This document shows positions 33,653 to 42,705 of a stretch of 42,705 nucleotides of DNA, in pieces. The position numbers and the translations under genes were made by a program. The stretch spans positions 1 to 42,705 of the IMG/VR virus record IMGVR_UViG_2778261632_000005. One strand, 5' to 3'. The DNA is from a virus (Duplodnaviria > Heunggongvirae > Uroviricota > Caudoviricetes). Positions within the stretch are counted from its first letter, which is position 1; the number at the start of each line of letters is the position of its first letter. The notes beneath the pieces are model-generated. The model searched no databases. It saw nothing but the letters and a program-made list of their open reading frames with translations, and had not been told where the DNA came from.

Positions 33653-36366
33653 CAATCAGAATTTATCCCTCTCGCTTGCCTGGTGAACCGCTTGAAACGC
33701 ATGAACACGGTTCCATCACAATTCACCAATGGCTGATTAAAAAAGTAGAAGGCTATAAGCCTGATATGAGGCAACCGATAACAATTGATGTTGATGGAAA
33801 AAATATTCCACCTCAGGCGTGGTTTGAGTTTGCTATCAAATCAGACAGTGATGTCAGAATTTACCCTGTCCCTTATGGCGCTGTAGCTCTTGCCTGGATT
33901 GCCGTTGCTGTATCGGTTGCATCAGTCGCGTATGCTCTTTTCTTTGCTCCTGGTGTTGGTGACCTTGGCGGTTATTCATCAGGTACTGGAAACCCTCTTG
34001 ATGTAAATCCTGCTAAAGCGAATAACGCAAAATTGGGCGACCCGATACGCGAGTTATTTGGAAGAAGCCGTATTTATCCTGACTATGCAGTGCAGCCTGT
34101 AACAAGATTCTCAGTTGATGATCCAACCGTAATGACAGTTGAAATGTTCGTTGTTATGGGGAGAGGGCGTTTTTCATTTGGAGATGGTGATATTCGCGTT
34201 GGCTCAACCCCAATTGCCTCTCTTGGCGATGGGTTTAACTACACAGTGTATCAACCCGGGCAAAACGTTAGTGGAGATCAACGATCAGAAAACTGGTTCA
34301 ATTCCACAGAGGTTGGGGGAACCGCATCTGGTTCTGGTCTTGATATGGCGCAAACCGCGCCGGACACGGAAGATGTTGTTGCCAATTCGTTAACCGTTTC
34401 AGGACCAACAATAACATTTAATGGGCTGAGCACGGATGATGGAGATGAAACAACAAATGACCTTCCAGATACATGGACTGTTGGTGCAATTGTTGAGTTA
34501 ATTGTTCCTGATTCCTATGTGGTAACTAATGACGGTGCTTACAGCAGAATTACCAGTGATACGCTTGAGGAAATAGCTCCTTATGTTGGGATGCCTGTAA
34601 CGCTCTGGTACAACAGCATTGATTACCAACTATTCATTGCTGATTTTATACCTCACTCTGAGCCAGTCGGCGAAGATGTGATTACCGCATCAATAACTCT
34701 CGCTTACGATAGCGCTACCGGGACTCCGTTCACCGGGATTCCTGAGGGTTATGTCAGGCTATCTGTTTCCCATTCCGGAAGCGAATATAAGATTCTTGAT
34801 ATAGATGGTAGCTCTGTAACTCTAGAGAGGATTATTGATGGCAGCGTTGACCCGTCATGGCCTGGATTTTCCCCGCGTACAGTTCTTGATTTTGAAGCAA
34901 ACGGTTTAAATGAGAATGATAGCTGGATGGGGCCTTTTCTGGCATGCCCCGAAAATGAAGTTGCTGATATGTTCGAAGTAAACTTCTACTTCCCAAACGG
35001 AATTTGTGGGTACAACAAAAAAGGGAACAAGCAAAACCGTGAGGTGAAGTGGGAGATTCAGTACCGGCCATACAGTTCTGGTGCCGGGTGGATAAGCAAA
35101 ACAGGATCGTACAATCTCCAAAACATCAACGGACTTGGATTCACCGAAAGAATCACGCTGGATACGCCTGCGCTTGTAGAGGTGAGAGCTCGCCGCACGA
35201 ACGAGCAGGGACAGAATAACAGCCGCGATAACATGTACTGGCAGTCATTGCGTGGGCGTTTGTTGTCACGGCCAGCATCGTATACTGGCGTCACCACAAT
35301 GGCGGTTACTGTGGAAACTGGCGGTAAACTGGCAGCGCAGTCAGATCGCCGCGTAAACGTTGTAGCCACGCGAGTTTATGATTCTGGTGTGTCAAGGAGC
35401 ATTTCTGGTGCTTTGTATCATATAGGTAATGAGTTGGGTCTGGCGATGGACCATGAAGCTATTGACTCACTAGAAACTACTTACTGGACTCCTGGCAGTG
35501 AATTTTTTGACTTTGCCACTACGGATTCTGTTTCTGCACTTGAGATGCTTCAGAAAGTGACAAACGCAGGAAAAAGTTACTTCCTTCTGACTGATGGTCT
35601 GGCATCTGTAGCAAGGGAAGGTGTGAAAACGTGGACGGGAATAATCAGCCCACAGGAGATGACTGATCCGCTTCAGACGGCTTTCGTTGCTCCTTCAGCA
35701 GATGACTATGATGGTGTTGATGTTACATATATCAACGGTACAACATGGGCTGAAGAGACGGTGCAGTGCAGAACAGCAGATAACCTAACTCCGGTAAAGA
35801 TTGAGGACTATACGCTTGATGGTGTTCTTGACCAGGACCGCGCGTATCAGATAGGTATGCGACGTCTGATGAAGTACCGTCAGCAACGGCTGACTCACAC
35901 CACCACAACGGAAATGGATGCTCTCTGTTATAACGTTGGCGACAGAATTGTTTTTACAGACGATATTCCTGGAAGCAAAACAGTCAGCACGCTGATTGAA
36001 GATATGAGATCAAGTAGTGGTGTGACGACGATTGCAGTGTCAGAGCCCCTTGACTGGACATTCAATAATCCTCGCGTATTAATCCGCTATCAGGATGGTT
36101 CAGCGTCTGGTTTACTGACCGCTATGAAAGTGGGTGATTATGAATTATCTGTTCCTGAACAAGCAGAATTCATTAACATCATAATGAACGACCCAGCAAT
36201 TGAACCTCCGCGCCTGATATTTTGCGAGTCATCTCGTGTTGGATACAGCGCGTTAATTTCAGAGATTGCACCACAATCTGACGGTACATGTCAGGTAACT
36301 GCCAAAGAATACCGCGATTCATTCTACCAGTACGACAATGCCACATACCCAGGCAATGTAGCTTAA
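33649..36366 (+). CDS. Tail tip / central fibre protein (lambda gpJ-like)
   Basis: 905 aa, GTG start with AAAGTGGAG RBS, in the J position after the M/L/K-like genes; has an N-terminal hydrophobic segment. Confidence 0.7.
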   Translation: MTIRIYPSRLPGEPLETHEHGSITIHQWLIKKVEGYKPDMRQPITIDVDGKNIPPQAWFEFAIKSDSDVRIYPVPYGAVALAWIAVAVSVASVAYALFFAPGVGDLGGYSSGTGNPLDVNPAKANNAKLGDPIRELFGRSRIYPDYAVQPVTRFSVDDPTVMTVEMFVVMGRGRFSFGDGDIRVGSTPIASLGDGFNYTVYQPGQNVSGDQRSENWFNSTEVGGTASGSGLDMAQTAPDTEDVVANSLTVSGPTITFNGLSTDDGDETTNDLPDTWTVGAIVELIVPDSYVVTNDGAYSRITSDTLEEIAPYVGMPVTLWYNSIDYQLFIADFIPHSEPVGEDVITASITLAYDSATGTPFTGIPEGYVRLSVSHSGSEYKILDIDGSSVTLERIIDGSVDPSWPGFSPRTVLDFEANGLNENDSWMGPFLACPENEVADMFEVNFYFPNGICGYNKKGNKQNREVKWEIQYRPYSSGAGWISKTGSYNLQNINGLGFTERITLDTPALVEVRARRTNEQGQNNSRDNMYWQSLRGRLLSRPASYTGVTTMAVTVETGGKLAAQSDRRVNVVATRVYDSGVSRSISGALYHIGNELGLAMDHEAIDSLETTYWTPGSEFFDFATTDSVSALEMLQKVTNAGKSYFLLTDGLASVAREGVKTWTGIISPQEMTDPLQTAFVAPSADDYDGVDVTYINGTTWAEETVQCRTADNLTPVKIEDYTLDGVLDQDRAYQIGMRRLMKYRQQRLTHTTTTEMDALCYNVGDRIVFTDDIPGSKTVSTLIEDMRSSSGVTTIAVSEPLDWTFNNPRVLIRYQDGSASGLLTAMKVGDYELSVPEQAEFINIIMNDPAIEPPRLIFCESSRVGYSALISEIAPQSDGTCQVTAKEYRDSFYQYDNATYPGNVA

Positions 36367-36417
36367 TCAATATCAAATCAACCTGCCGAGGCGAGTTGTT
36401 TCTTTTATGAGGCCCAT

Positions 36418-38514
36418 ATGACCACTTATAACACCGGCAATCCGCTGGGGTCTGCTGCTGCAAAAGATTTATACGATAACGCTCAGAACTTTGATCATCT
36501 GTCGAATGATCTTGAAAATGAGATGTGGCCTGACCGATTTGGGAAGAGCAGGTTAACTTGGCATGGAATGGAAAAAAGATACCAGGAAAAGCTGGTGTCT
36601 ATGGGGTGGGAACTGATTGATTCATTTCAGGGAGGAACTACGTTAACGAGGGCAGATCAGGCGTTGCGTTGGGAATTACCTGATGGGGATGGAGAGTATT
36701 ACCGCTGGGATGGCTCTCTGCCTAAAACAGTCCCTGCCGGTTCTACACCAGATTCAACAGGTGGTGTTGGCACTGGCGCATGGGTTGGAGTTGGTGATGC
36801 ATCTCTTAGATCTGATCTAACAAAATATGGTGCAACGGTTGACCAGATAGCGCATCGGGTTACAACACTGAAATCTTTTGAAGAGTTTGGTGCGATTGGA
36901 GATGGGGTTACTAATGATACAGCCTCGATGCTGGCAGCGCTGGAATGGCTGAAAGATGTCCCTTTCGGTAAATTGGTTGGCAGACCTGGCGCAAATTATC
37001 TAATCACACAAAGCCTCGTCATGAAATTTGACGGCTCATACACTCAAGATGTAACGTCAACTCGCTATCTGGATTTTACTGGGACAGTGATTGTGGCAGG
37101 CGCCGATAATATCACTTGCATTCGCATGAGCCATGATTTCTGCCATATCATCAATCCTGTAGTAATTAACCCAAATAACTATTCCGACGTTATCGCCTAC
37201 GCTATTGCACCAGAAACCGAATCTCAGACTACCATACGCGTGTCACAGCAATTCTGTGTAATGGAGAATCCACGAGCACGGGGAACTAAGATAGGCCTTA
37301 AGTTTAAACCAGGGCCTACAGTCGGTGGGAGTAATAGCGGTGCGTATTACCACTCAATTATGAATCCTAATTTTGAGAGAGTGGATTGCGGATTCTATTT
37401 CGAGCGCAGCGTAAGCGGAGACAATAACAACACAAGGATTCATATCTTCAATCCAGTTCATATAACCGGTAACTGTGCTTTTTGGATCGAAAGCACTGAC
37501 TCACTACGCGTTTACGGTGGATCATGTGAAAATATCACATTGGGAACCTGGCCGGCTGACGTGCCATGCGCAGTCCGTGTTGTAAAAACAGTAAGCACAG
37601 ATACACAGGTCGCTGGAAACCTACATTTCTACGGATATCTTGGAGAAGTTTGTCACAGAGCCTATCAAATAGATACAAATGTAGGAACCTACGAAAACTA
37701 CTTTGATTGGAAATGGGTATTAATTAATGAAAACCCATATCGCGCACCAGGACAGGATGGGAATTTCGTAGCACGATTTGATGGGGAAATTCTTAGTAGT
37801 AGCTGGGACAACAGTGCTCTTAACGTAGTAGGGTGTAGAAACCCACATACAGGACATCAGGCAATAATCATCCAAAATCCAGATGAGACGCCAGCAGAAC
37901 TTTGGAGTAATACTGGGTGGAAATTTACCGCAACAATTTACGATTGCCCGGCACAAAATTTACAACATAGTAATAGCCATGAACAGATATTAGGGGCATT
38001 GTATGCTGGATTGACGCTTACAACCTATCCTGATAGCAGGAGAATAATGTTAACAAGCAAGGAGGGGGCTGATGGGGTTGAGAGACCACAAAATGATCTG
38101 ATAATTAATGGATTTAACAGGCTATGTGCAGAAAATGATAATGATACCGCTCTTGGTGATTCTGATAGACGGTGGAGTGTTGTTTATGCAGCTACTAGTT
38201 CAATAGTTACATCTGATGAGGAGCATAAAACCTCTTTTCTATCAGATGATAATACTTTAGAAAGAGAGAAGAAGGCAGCTAAGGAAATTAAAAGCTGTAT
38301 ATTTCGGTATAAGTTTAAAAAAAGCATTGATAAAAAAGGAGAGGGGGCCCGTCTTCATTATGGAGTGGGGGCGCAAACTGTTGGCGAAATTATGAGGAAG
38401 TATGACCTGAATCCGGATAATTATGCTTTTTGGTGCAGAAACAAAACAAATGAAGGCGATAGGTATGGTATCAGATACGAAGAGTTAATTATGTTTCTGA
38501 TGGTTAACGCATAA
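36418..38514 (+). CDS. Tailspike / side tail fibre with C-terminal intramolecular chaperone-like domain
   Basis: 698 aa; central region looks like a beta-helix depolymerase domain; C-terminal 110 aa resembles peptidase-S74 autoproteolytic chaperone domains (TSSIVTSDEEHKT ... GARLHYGVGAQTVGEIM ... YGIRYEELIMF). Confidence 0.6.
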   Translation: MTTYNTGNPLGSAAAKDLYDNAQNFDHLSNDLENEMWPDRFGKSRLTWHGMEKRYQEKLVSMGWELIDSFQGGTTLTRADQALRWELPDGDGEYYRWDGSLPKTVPAGSTPDSTGGVGTGAWVGVGDASLRSDLTKYGATVDQIAHRVTTLKSFEEFGAIGDGVTNDTASMLAALEWLKDVPFGKLVGRPGANYLITQSLVMKFDGSYTQDVTSTRYLDFTGTVIVAGADNITCIRMSHDFCHIINPVVINPNNYSDVIAYAIAPETESQTTIRVSQQFCVMENPRARGTKIGLKFKPGPTVGGSNSGAYYHSIMNPNFERVDCGFYFERSVSGDNNNTRIHIFNPVHITGNCAFWIESTDSLRVYGGSCENITLGTWPADVPCAVRVVKTVSTDTQVAGNLHFYGYLGEVCHRAYQIDTNVGTYENYFDWKWVLINENPYRAPGQDGNFVARFDGEILSSSWDNSALNVVGCRNPHTGHQAIIIQNPDETPAELWSNTGWKFTATIYDCPAQNLQHSNSHEQILGALYAGLTLTTYPDSRRIMLTSKEGADGVERPQNDLIINGFNRLCAENDNDTALGDSDRRWSVVYAATSSIVTSDEEHKTSFLSDDNTLEREKKAAKEIKSCIFRYKFKKSIDKKGEGARLHYGVGAQTVGEIMRKYDLNPDNYAFWCRNKTNEGDRYGIRYEELIMFLMVNA

Positions 38515-38525
38515 GTAAATTAATA

Positions 38526-38553
38526 CCCCCCGCACTATATAATTATACGGGGG
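38526..38553. terminator. Hairpin between convergent tailspike and gtr genes (possible bidirectional terminator)
   Basis: CCCCCG / CGGGGG stem flanking an AT-rich 15-nt loop. Confidence 0.45.
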
Positions 38554-38558
38554 TTATA

Positions 38559-39995
38559 TTAGAATCTAATAACTACAATATTATCAACGAGATATATTGC
38601 AAATACATTACCTGCATATAAGGTGGTTTTGTCATTTGCTTTTAGTAAAATTTCATCACGTTTATCATTATTTGCATAGGTAATATCATTTAGCCCGTTC
38701 CTCATTAAAATAAATCTTCCACCATCATAACCCCAAGAAAATGTGTCAAGCATCATGTTATTCATGAATGGATAAATGTTAATGGTTGACTCCATGACTC
38801 CAGAATGTTGTGGGCGCCCATCAATAATAAATTCTTTATGCTTTGATAAATTCAACCTGTCAAGATTACTCACTATCCTGGTTGCTAAAGATTCTGCATA
38901 TCTAAAATCTTCTCGCACTGCATTTGTAGATGCACATAAAAAAAGATAATTAGTAAAGTAAAAAAATACCGCTGGCGCAAGCCATAGCCATTTACGTTTA
39001 AAAGAACAGCACAACGCATAAAGACAGAAGAAGGATGCAGCAGAAATCCCTATAATTGTTCGTGGTATGATTGATGGATTTTGCCCATACACTCCAACTC
39101 CTGGTATAAACGTGACAAGTGCACATAAAACAATAACTATCGTCAGAAAGGTAAATAATGGTTTTGTTGATCTAAAGCACATAACGCATACAGCAACAAC
39201 AAACGCAGCGCACATGATTGCAATCGGGTATAAAAATGGTGAGTCTAGTAGTTTTAAAATGAGTATGTATGAGTTTTTGTAATTATTAAGAACTGTTTCA
39301 AGTCCCGAATAAGTCAATGGAACGATTTTATTGAAATTCAAAAAGTAATAACTTACATTAGTTATTGGGATAATAACTTTAAGGTATGCTATAGTGCCTA
39401 AAAGAAATGTTAAAGCTCTAATTATCAATACTTTGGTTATGTTTTTATAATTTTCTTTTTTTACATAAGCTCCCATGAATATCTCAATAGCGGATAGACA
39501 TATAAATAGTGCTATTGCAGCTTGGTAAAGAGAAAGGCTGGCAACAAGAGCCGTTACTGACAAAACAAAAGAAGATATTTTGTTAGTGTGTAAAATATAA
39601 GGCGTAATTGCCATGGTTACAGATAGAACCATAAAGAAGGAATCATATCTGAATAATAAATTAGAAACAAAAAAAGGAGATGCTAAGAAGCATAAAGATA
39701 GCACTATTGCTTTAATCCCTTTGCTCCCTATAAAGTATTCACATACTTTTAAAGATACTGCACTATAAAGGATTAATGCCAGAATTGTCATTCCTGGGAA
39801 GTAGTCAGGAAGAACATCTCCTGTAGTAATTGTTCTATATATAGCTTCTGCAAGAGGTCGTCCATCTCCTTGCCATCCATAATATGACCATACCGACCTA
39901 AATATGTCGTCATTATAATAACTAGTTCCTAACAGTAATGGAATGGCATAAAATAATGTCAGTCCAGCAGCAATAACTATATGTCTATTAGGCAT
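38559..39995 (-). CDS. Serotype-specific O-antigen glucosyltransferase, GtrC-like polytopic membrane protein
   Basis: 478 aa, about 10 predicted TM helices, strongly AT-rich coding sequence, immediately downstream of gtrA-gtrB. Confidence 0.75.
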   Translation of the reverse strand: MPNRHIVIAAGLTLFYAIPLLLGTSYYNDDIFRSVWSYYGWQGDGRPLAEAIYRTITTGDVLPDYFPGMTILALILYSAVSLKVCEYFIGSKGIKAIVLSLCFLASPFFVSNLLFRYDSFFMVLSVTMAITPYILHTNKISSFVLSVTALVASLSLYQAAIALFICLSAIEIFMGAYVKKENYKNITKVLIIRALTFLLGTIAYLKVIIPITNVSYYFLNFNKIVPLTYSGLETVLNNYKNSYILILKLLDSPFLYPIAIMCAAFVVAVCVMCFRSTKPLFTFLTIVIVLCALVTFIPGVGVYGQNPSIIPRTIIGISAASFFCLYALCCSFKRKWLWLAPAVFFYFTNYLFLCASTNAVREDFRYAESLATRIVSNLDRLNLSKHKEFIIDGRPQHSGVMESTINIYPFMNNMMLDTFSWGYDGGRFILMRNGLNDITYANNDKRDEILLKANDKTTLYAGNVFAIYLVDNIVVIRF

Positions 39996-39999
39996 GATA

Positions 40000-40920
40000 T
40001 TACCTCTTATTCTTCTTTATAAGATATTTTGGCCTTTTTTTGGTTTCTAAATATATTCTACCAATATACTCACCAAGTACTCCAATTCCTATTAATTGAA
40101 TTCCACCAAGAAACAGAATAGACACTAGCAGGGATGGATAGCCCCGTACGGCGTTACCAAACGCTAAAGTGTTGAATATCATCCAGGCGCCATACAAAAA
40201 AGCGCAACCGGCTACCACTAGCCCAATATACGTCCAGATGCGAAGCGGGAAGGTCGAGAAAGAAGTTATGCCTTCTAGTGCTAAATTCCATAGTTTCCAG
40301 CCATTAAATTTTGAGTCTCCGGCAACACGTTCAGCTCTTGCATACTCAACAACATCAATTTTCCCACCAACCCATGACAAAACACCTTTCATGAAGAGAT
40401 TGCGCTCAGGAAGCAGTTTGATGTTTTCAACAACTTCGCGTGACATCAGGCGAAAATCACCCACGTTCTCTTCAATTTTTGGGTTGCTAATTTTGTTGTG
40501 TAGCTTGTAGAACCACTCAGCAGATTTGCGCTTTAGCCTTCCATCGGTAGAGCGGTCTGTTCTTTTAGCCAGAACCATATCAGCGCCATCCTGCCACTTA
40601 GCAATGAGGTGCGGGATGACATCGATAGGGTCTTGCAGATCAACATCGATTGGGATGACTGCTTCGCCGGTAGCATTATCGAGACCTGCGAATAGGGCAG
40701 GCTCTTTACCAAAGTTTCTGGTGAAAGATAGAGGTACCACCAATTTGTCAGAGACAGCAAGTGCATTGATGATGGATTCTGTTGAATCGCTGCTCCCGTC
40801 GTTAATAAATACAATCTCAATGTCGTACTCTTTTAGGCCTTCAAACTCGCGTACCGTTTTATAAAATATAGGTATTGTGGCCTCTTCGTTAAAGACCGGA
40901 ACAACTAAAGAAATTTTCAT
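40000..40920 (-). CDS. gtrB: Bactoprenol glucosyltransferase GtrB (GT2)
   Basis: 306 aa; GT2 motifs ([24 protein letters not shown]) and two C-terminal TM helices. Confidence 0.85.
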   Translation of the reverse strand: MKISLVVPVFNEEATIPIFYKTVREFEGLKEYDIEIVFINDGSSDSTESIINALAVSDKLVVPLSFTRNFGKEPALFAGLDNATGEAVIPIDVDLQDPIDVIPHLIAKWQDGADMVLAKRTDRSTDGRLKRKSAEWFYKLHNKISNPKIEENVGDFRLMSREVVENIKLLPERNLFMKGVLSWVGGKIDVVEYARAERVAGDSKFNGWKLWNLALEGITSFSTFPLRIWTYIGLVVAGCAFLYGAWMIFNTLAFGNAVRGYPSLLVSILFLGGIQLIGIGVLGEYIGRIYLETKKRPKYLIKKNKR

Positions 40921-41279
40921 TTCGCATCCCTAAAGACAATGAATTTCGAGTAAATAAATCCGCATACCAAGCTGATCGCGGAAAAAGCAACCAGGGTGAC
41001 AATAGGTGGGAGTGCGCACAAATCAGCCCCCCAGCCAACAGCAGCGCTTAATGATCCCATAAAACCGACATATAACATGTAGCGCAGCATTGTTGTCGAT
41101 GAATTGAATGTGAATTTGGCATTGGCATAAAAACTGAACGATACAGCTACGGCAAATCCAGCCAGGTTCGCTAGAGCCTGATTTGTGTGCAATACGTAGA
41201 TGCAGATTGCAAACACAACCCAGTGGATAAGCGTATTGATGATGCCGATAGATGTGTACTTAGCGAATAGCTTTAACAT
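40917..41279 (-). CDS. gtrA: GtrA flippase-like small membrane protein
   Basis: 120 aa from MLKLFAKYT, 4 predicted TM helices; stop overlaps the gtrB start; ORF open to 41342. Confidence 0.8.
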   Translation of the reverse strand: MLKLFAKYTSIGIINTLIHWVVFAICIYVLHTNQALANLAGFAVAVSFSFYANAKFTFNSSTTMLRYMLYVGFMGSLSAAVGWGADLCALPPIVTLVAFSAISLVCGFIYSKFIVFRDAK

Positions 41280-41495
41280 TATAAAAATCAGTGAATTCTT
41301 AGAGGCCGAAAGTTTAGCATTTGAAAGTGGATCGATCGACATATCATGTTAATTTGGTGAGACAAAAACGGGATACACAAAGCTTTGCATCGGTTTGCAA
41401 GGCTTTGCAGTGCCCACCTATGACACATTCTCATGAAGAGCTCAGCAGTAATTATTGATAGGCAGCGCCGCATTGATCTGCAATCATTTTAAAAC

Positions 41496-41515
41496 TACTG
41501 TATATAAAAACAGTA
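41496..41515 (+). promoter_or_regulatory. LexA operator (SOS box)
   Basis: TACTGTATATAAAAACAGTA matches CTGT-N8-ACAG; lies 18 nt upstream of the next ORF. Confidence 0.8.
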
Positions 41516-41532
41516 AAAGATTGGTGAAAATC

Positions 41533-41772
41533 ATGCCACGCCGTTCAGATATTAACGCTGCATTTTCGTCAGCAGTACAACAAAACCAGAAAGGATATCA
41601 GTGCTTACGCACAGACGACTTCATCCGAGAGTTAGCGAAAGTGCACTGGCATTTCAGCCGTGTCGATGCTAACTCCTGGATAGAGCGATACCAGCCAGAT
41701 TTTGCCGACAAGACCACGGACAACAGTGATAACCGTTACTGGATCCTGCGCAATATGGGAAGGGTATTCTAA
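41533..41772 (+). CDS. Small SOS-box-preceded protein upstream of a UmuD-like gene (ImpC-like by position)
   Basis: 79 aa; stop overlaps the downstream ATG; the ImpC label is an inference from operon architecture, not from sequence. Confidence 0.45.
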   Translation: MPRRSDINAAFSSAVQQNQKGYQCLRTDDFIRELAKVHWHFSRVDANSWIERYQPDFADKTTDNSDNRYWILRNMGRVF

Positions 41773-42160
41773 TGGGATTTACTTCACCTGCAGCAGATTA
41801 CGTTGAAACAAGGATTTCCCTTGATCAGCAGTTTATCAGTCAGCCCGCAGCGACTTACTTTATGCGAGCATCACGTTCACATTTCAGGTAAGGGATAATC
41901 CTGGGGGCGCTGCTTGTTGTGATGCGTCACTTTCTCCATGTGATGGCTCGTTGCTGATATGCGCGATAGACGGAGAATTCAGGATCAAGCGATATCGGAC
42001 TCATCCTCAGCCCCACCTGGTTAATCTGGAGAACGGGAGAAGGGAGGCGCTGCCAGCAGATGATGACGGTTACAGTTCTGCACCCGCTATATTCGGAGTG
42101 ATCACGTACATCATTAATGATGCCAGGAACGCGGAGTTTGATGACTGCCCGGTAATGTGA
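41772..42160 (+). pseudogene. UmuD/ImpA-like S24 peptidase gene, apparently disrupted
   Basis: N-terminus MGFTSPAADYVETRISLDQQF...ATYFMRAS ends at TAA (41889-41891); the C-terminal part (AIDGEFRIKRY...FGVITYIIND) continues in another frame; no umuC-like gene follows. Confidence 0.6.
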
Positions 42161-42528
42161 ATAGCTTAAATTGTGCGAGGATTTTAACCTCATTCACCTG
42201 ACTCGTTATGGCTATGTTGAGACCAAAAAATATTTCACCATTGTACCTCCTAGATGATTATAAGTTATTGATTAAGTTGATCTTAAAATCATGAATTATT
42301 GGCGAAAAAACGGTGTAACTTGTTGATAGTGCTTGATAACACGCATGATTTAAAATCCCTTTATCGTGAAAGGGCTGATAGGTACAGGCACTTGTTTTTG
42401 CCCTCTAAAACGGTTATCAAAACCAAAAAACACACATTGATAATCAATCGGTTAGGGGAATGCTGAAAGCCAGTTGATTTACAATAAAATTATAGAATTA
42501 TTTTTATTTATCATGTGGTTGTATATGA

Positions 42529-42705
42529 AGCATCTAACTACTGTTACGCCATATGGGTTGGACTGAAGCGGCTGACCTGATTGTTAAAGGTATGGAAGGC
42601 GCAATCAATGCGAAGACCGTAACCTATGACTTCGAACGTCTGATGGAAGGCGCTAAACTGCTGAAATGTTCAGAGTTTGGTGACGCGATCATCAAGAATA
42701 TGTAA
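42529..42705 (+). pseudogene. icd: 3' fragment of the isocitrate dehydrogenase gene (icd), prophage junction remnant
   Basis: Encodes [55 protein letters not shown], recalled as near-identical to the E. coli Icd C-terminus; an in-frame TAA lies immediately upstream, so only the 3' end is present. Confidence 0.8.

Larger units (their letters stand above)
1..42535. mobile_element. Lambdoid prophage integrated in icd (left att outside window; right junction approx 42515-42545)
   Basis: Contiguous phage modules (int/xis, immunity, replication, nin, lysis, packaging, head, tail, gtr) ending where an icd 3' fragment begins; AT-rich accessory islands. Confidence 0.85.

Noticed and set aside
34832-35369. 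Minus-strand ORFs (79, 71 and 103 aa) inside the J-like tail gene
   Set aside because: Antisense to a 905-aa structural gene, with no independent start signals
41455-42160. The right-end region as a host umuDC locus
   Set aside because: The UmuD-like frame is disrupted and no umuC-like gene follows before the icd junction; more likely a prophage-borne remnant
42160-42528. Possible additional gene or sRNA in the AT-rich segment before the icd fragment
   Set aside because: No ORF with a start signal and no convincing terminator or promoter pair; more likely att-proximal non-coding phage DNA, though not settled

Overview
The window is almost entirely one lambdoid temperate prophage (HK97-type head, lambda-type non-contractile tail) of an E. 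coli/Shigella-like enterobacterium. It runs from the stop codon of a lambda-family integrase at position 1 to a right-hand junction near 42.52-42.54 kb, where a diverged 3' fragment of the isocitrate dehydrogenase gene (icd) begins, i.e. an e14/phage-21-style insertion in icd with the left att site just outside the window. Order (left to right): int-xis and a leftward early operon carrying a short C5-cytosine methyltransferase and a ParB-like nuclease-domain protein; a tRNA-Arg(UCU) with its own terminator; an AT-rich two-gene moron beside the repressor; a LexA-like cI / cro / cII-like immunity switch with repeated operator motifs; an O-like replication initiator with internal iterons; a nin-like region (MT-A70 adenine methyltransferase, LexA DNA-binding-domain-only protein, RusA, Rha, DUF968-like protein, Q-like antiterminator); a lysis cassette (two membrane proteins, GH19 endolysin, overlapped Rz/Rz1); an unusual late-region glycosyltransferase cassette; HNH-TerS-TerL; a fused prohead protease-major capsid protein followed by the portal; head-tail joining and tail genes with a lambda-type G/GT -1 frameshift site; a tailspike with a C-terminal chaperone-like domain; and an AT-rich gtrABC-like O-antigen glucosylation cassette. 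Beyond gtrA lie a consensus LexA box, a small ORF and a frameshifted UmuD/ImpA-like gene. Most promising for undescribed biology are the three-domain glycosyltransferase cassette (17.4-19.8 kb), the repressor-adjacent moron (5.9-6.6 kb) and the early-left methyltransferase/ParB operon. All functional calls rest on motif recognition by eye and on gene order; no database search was run.
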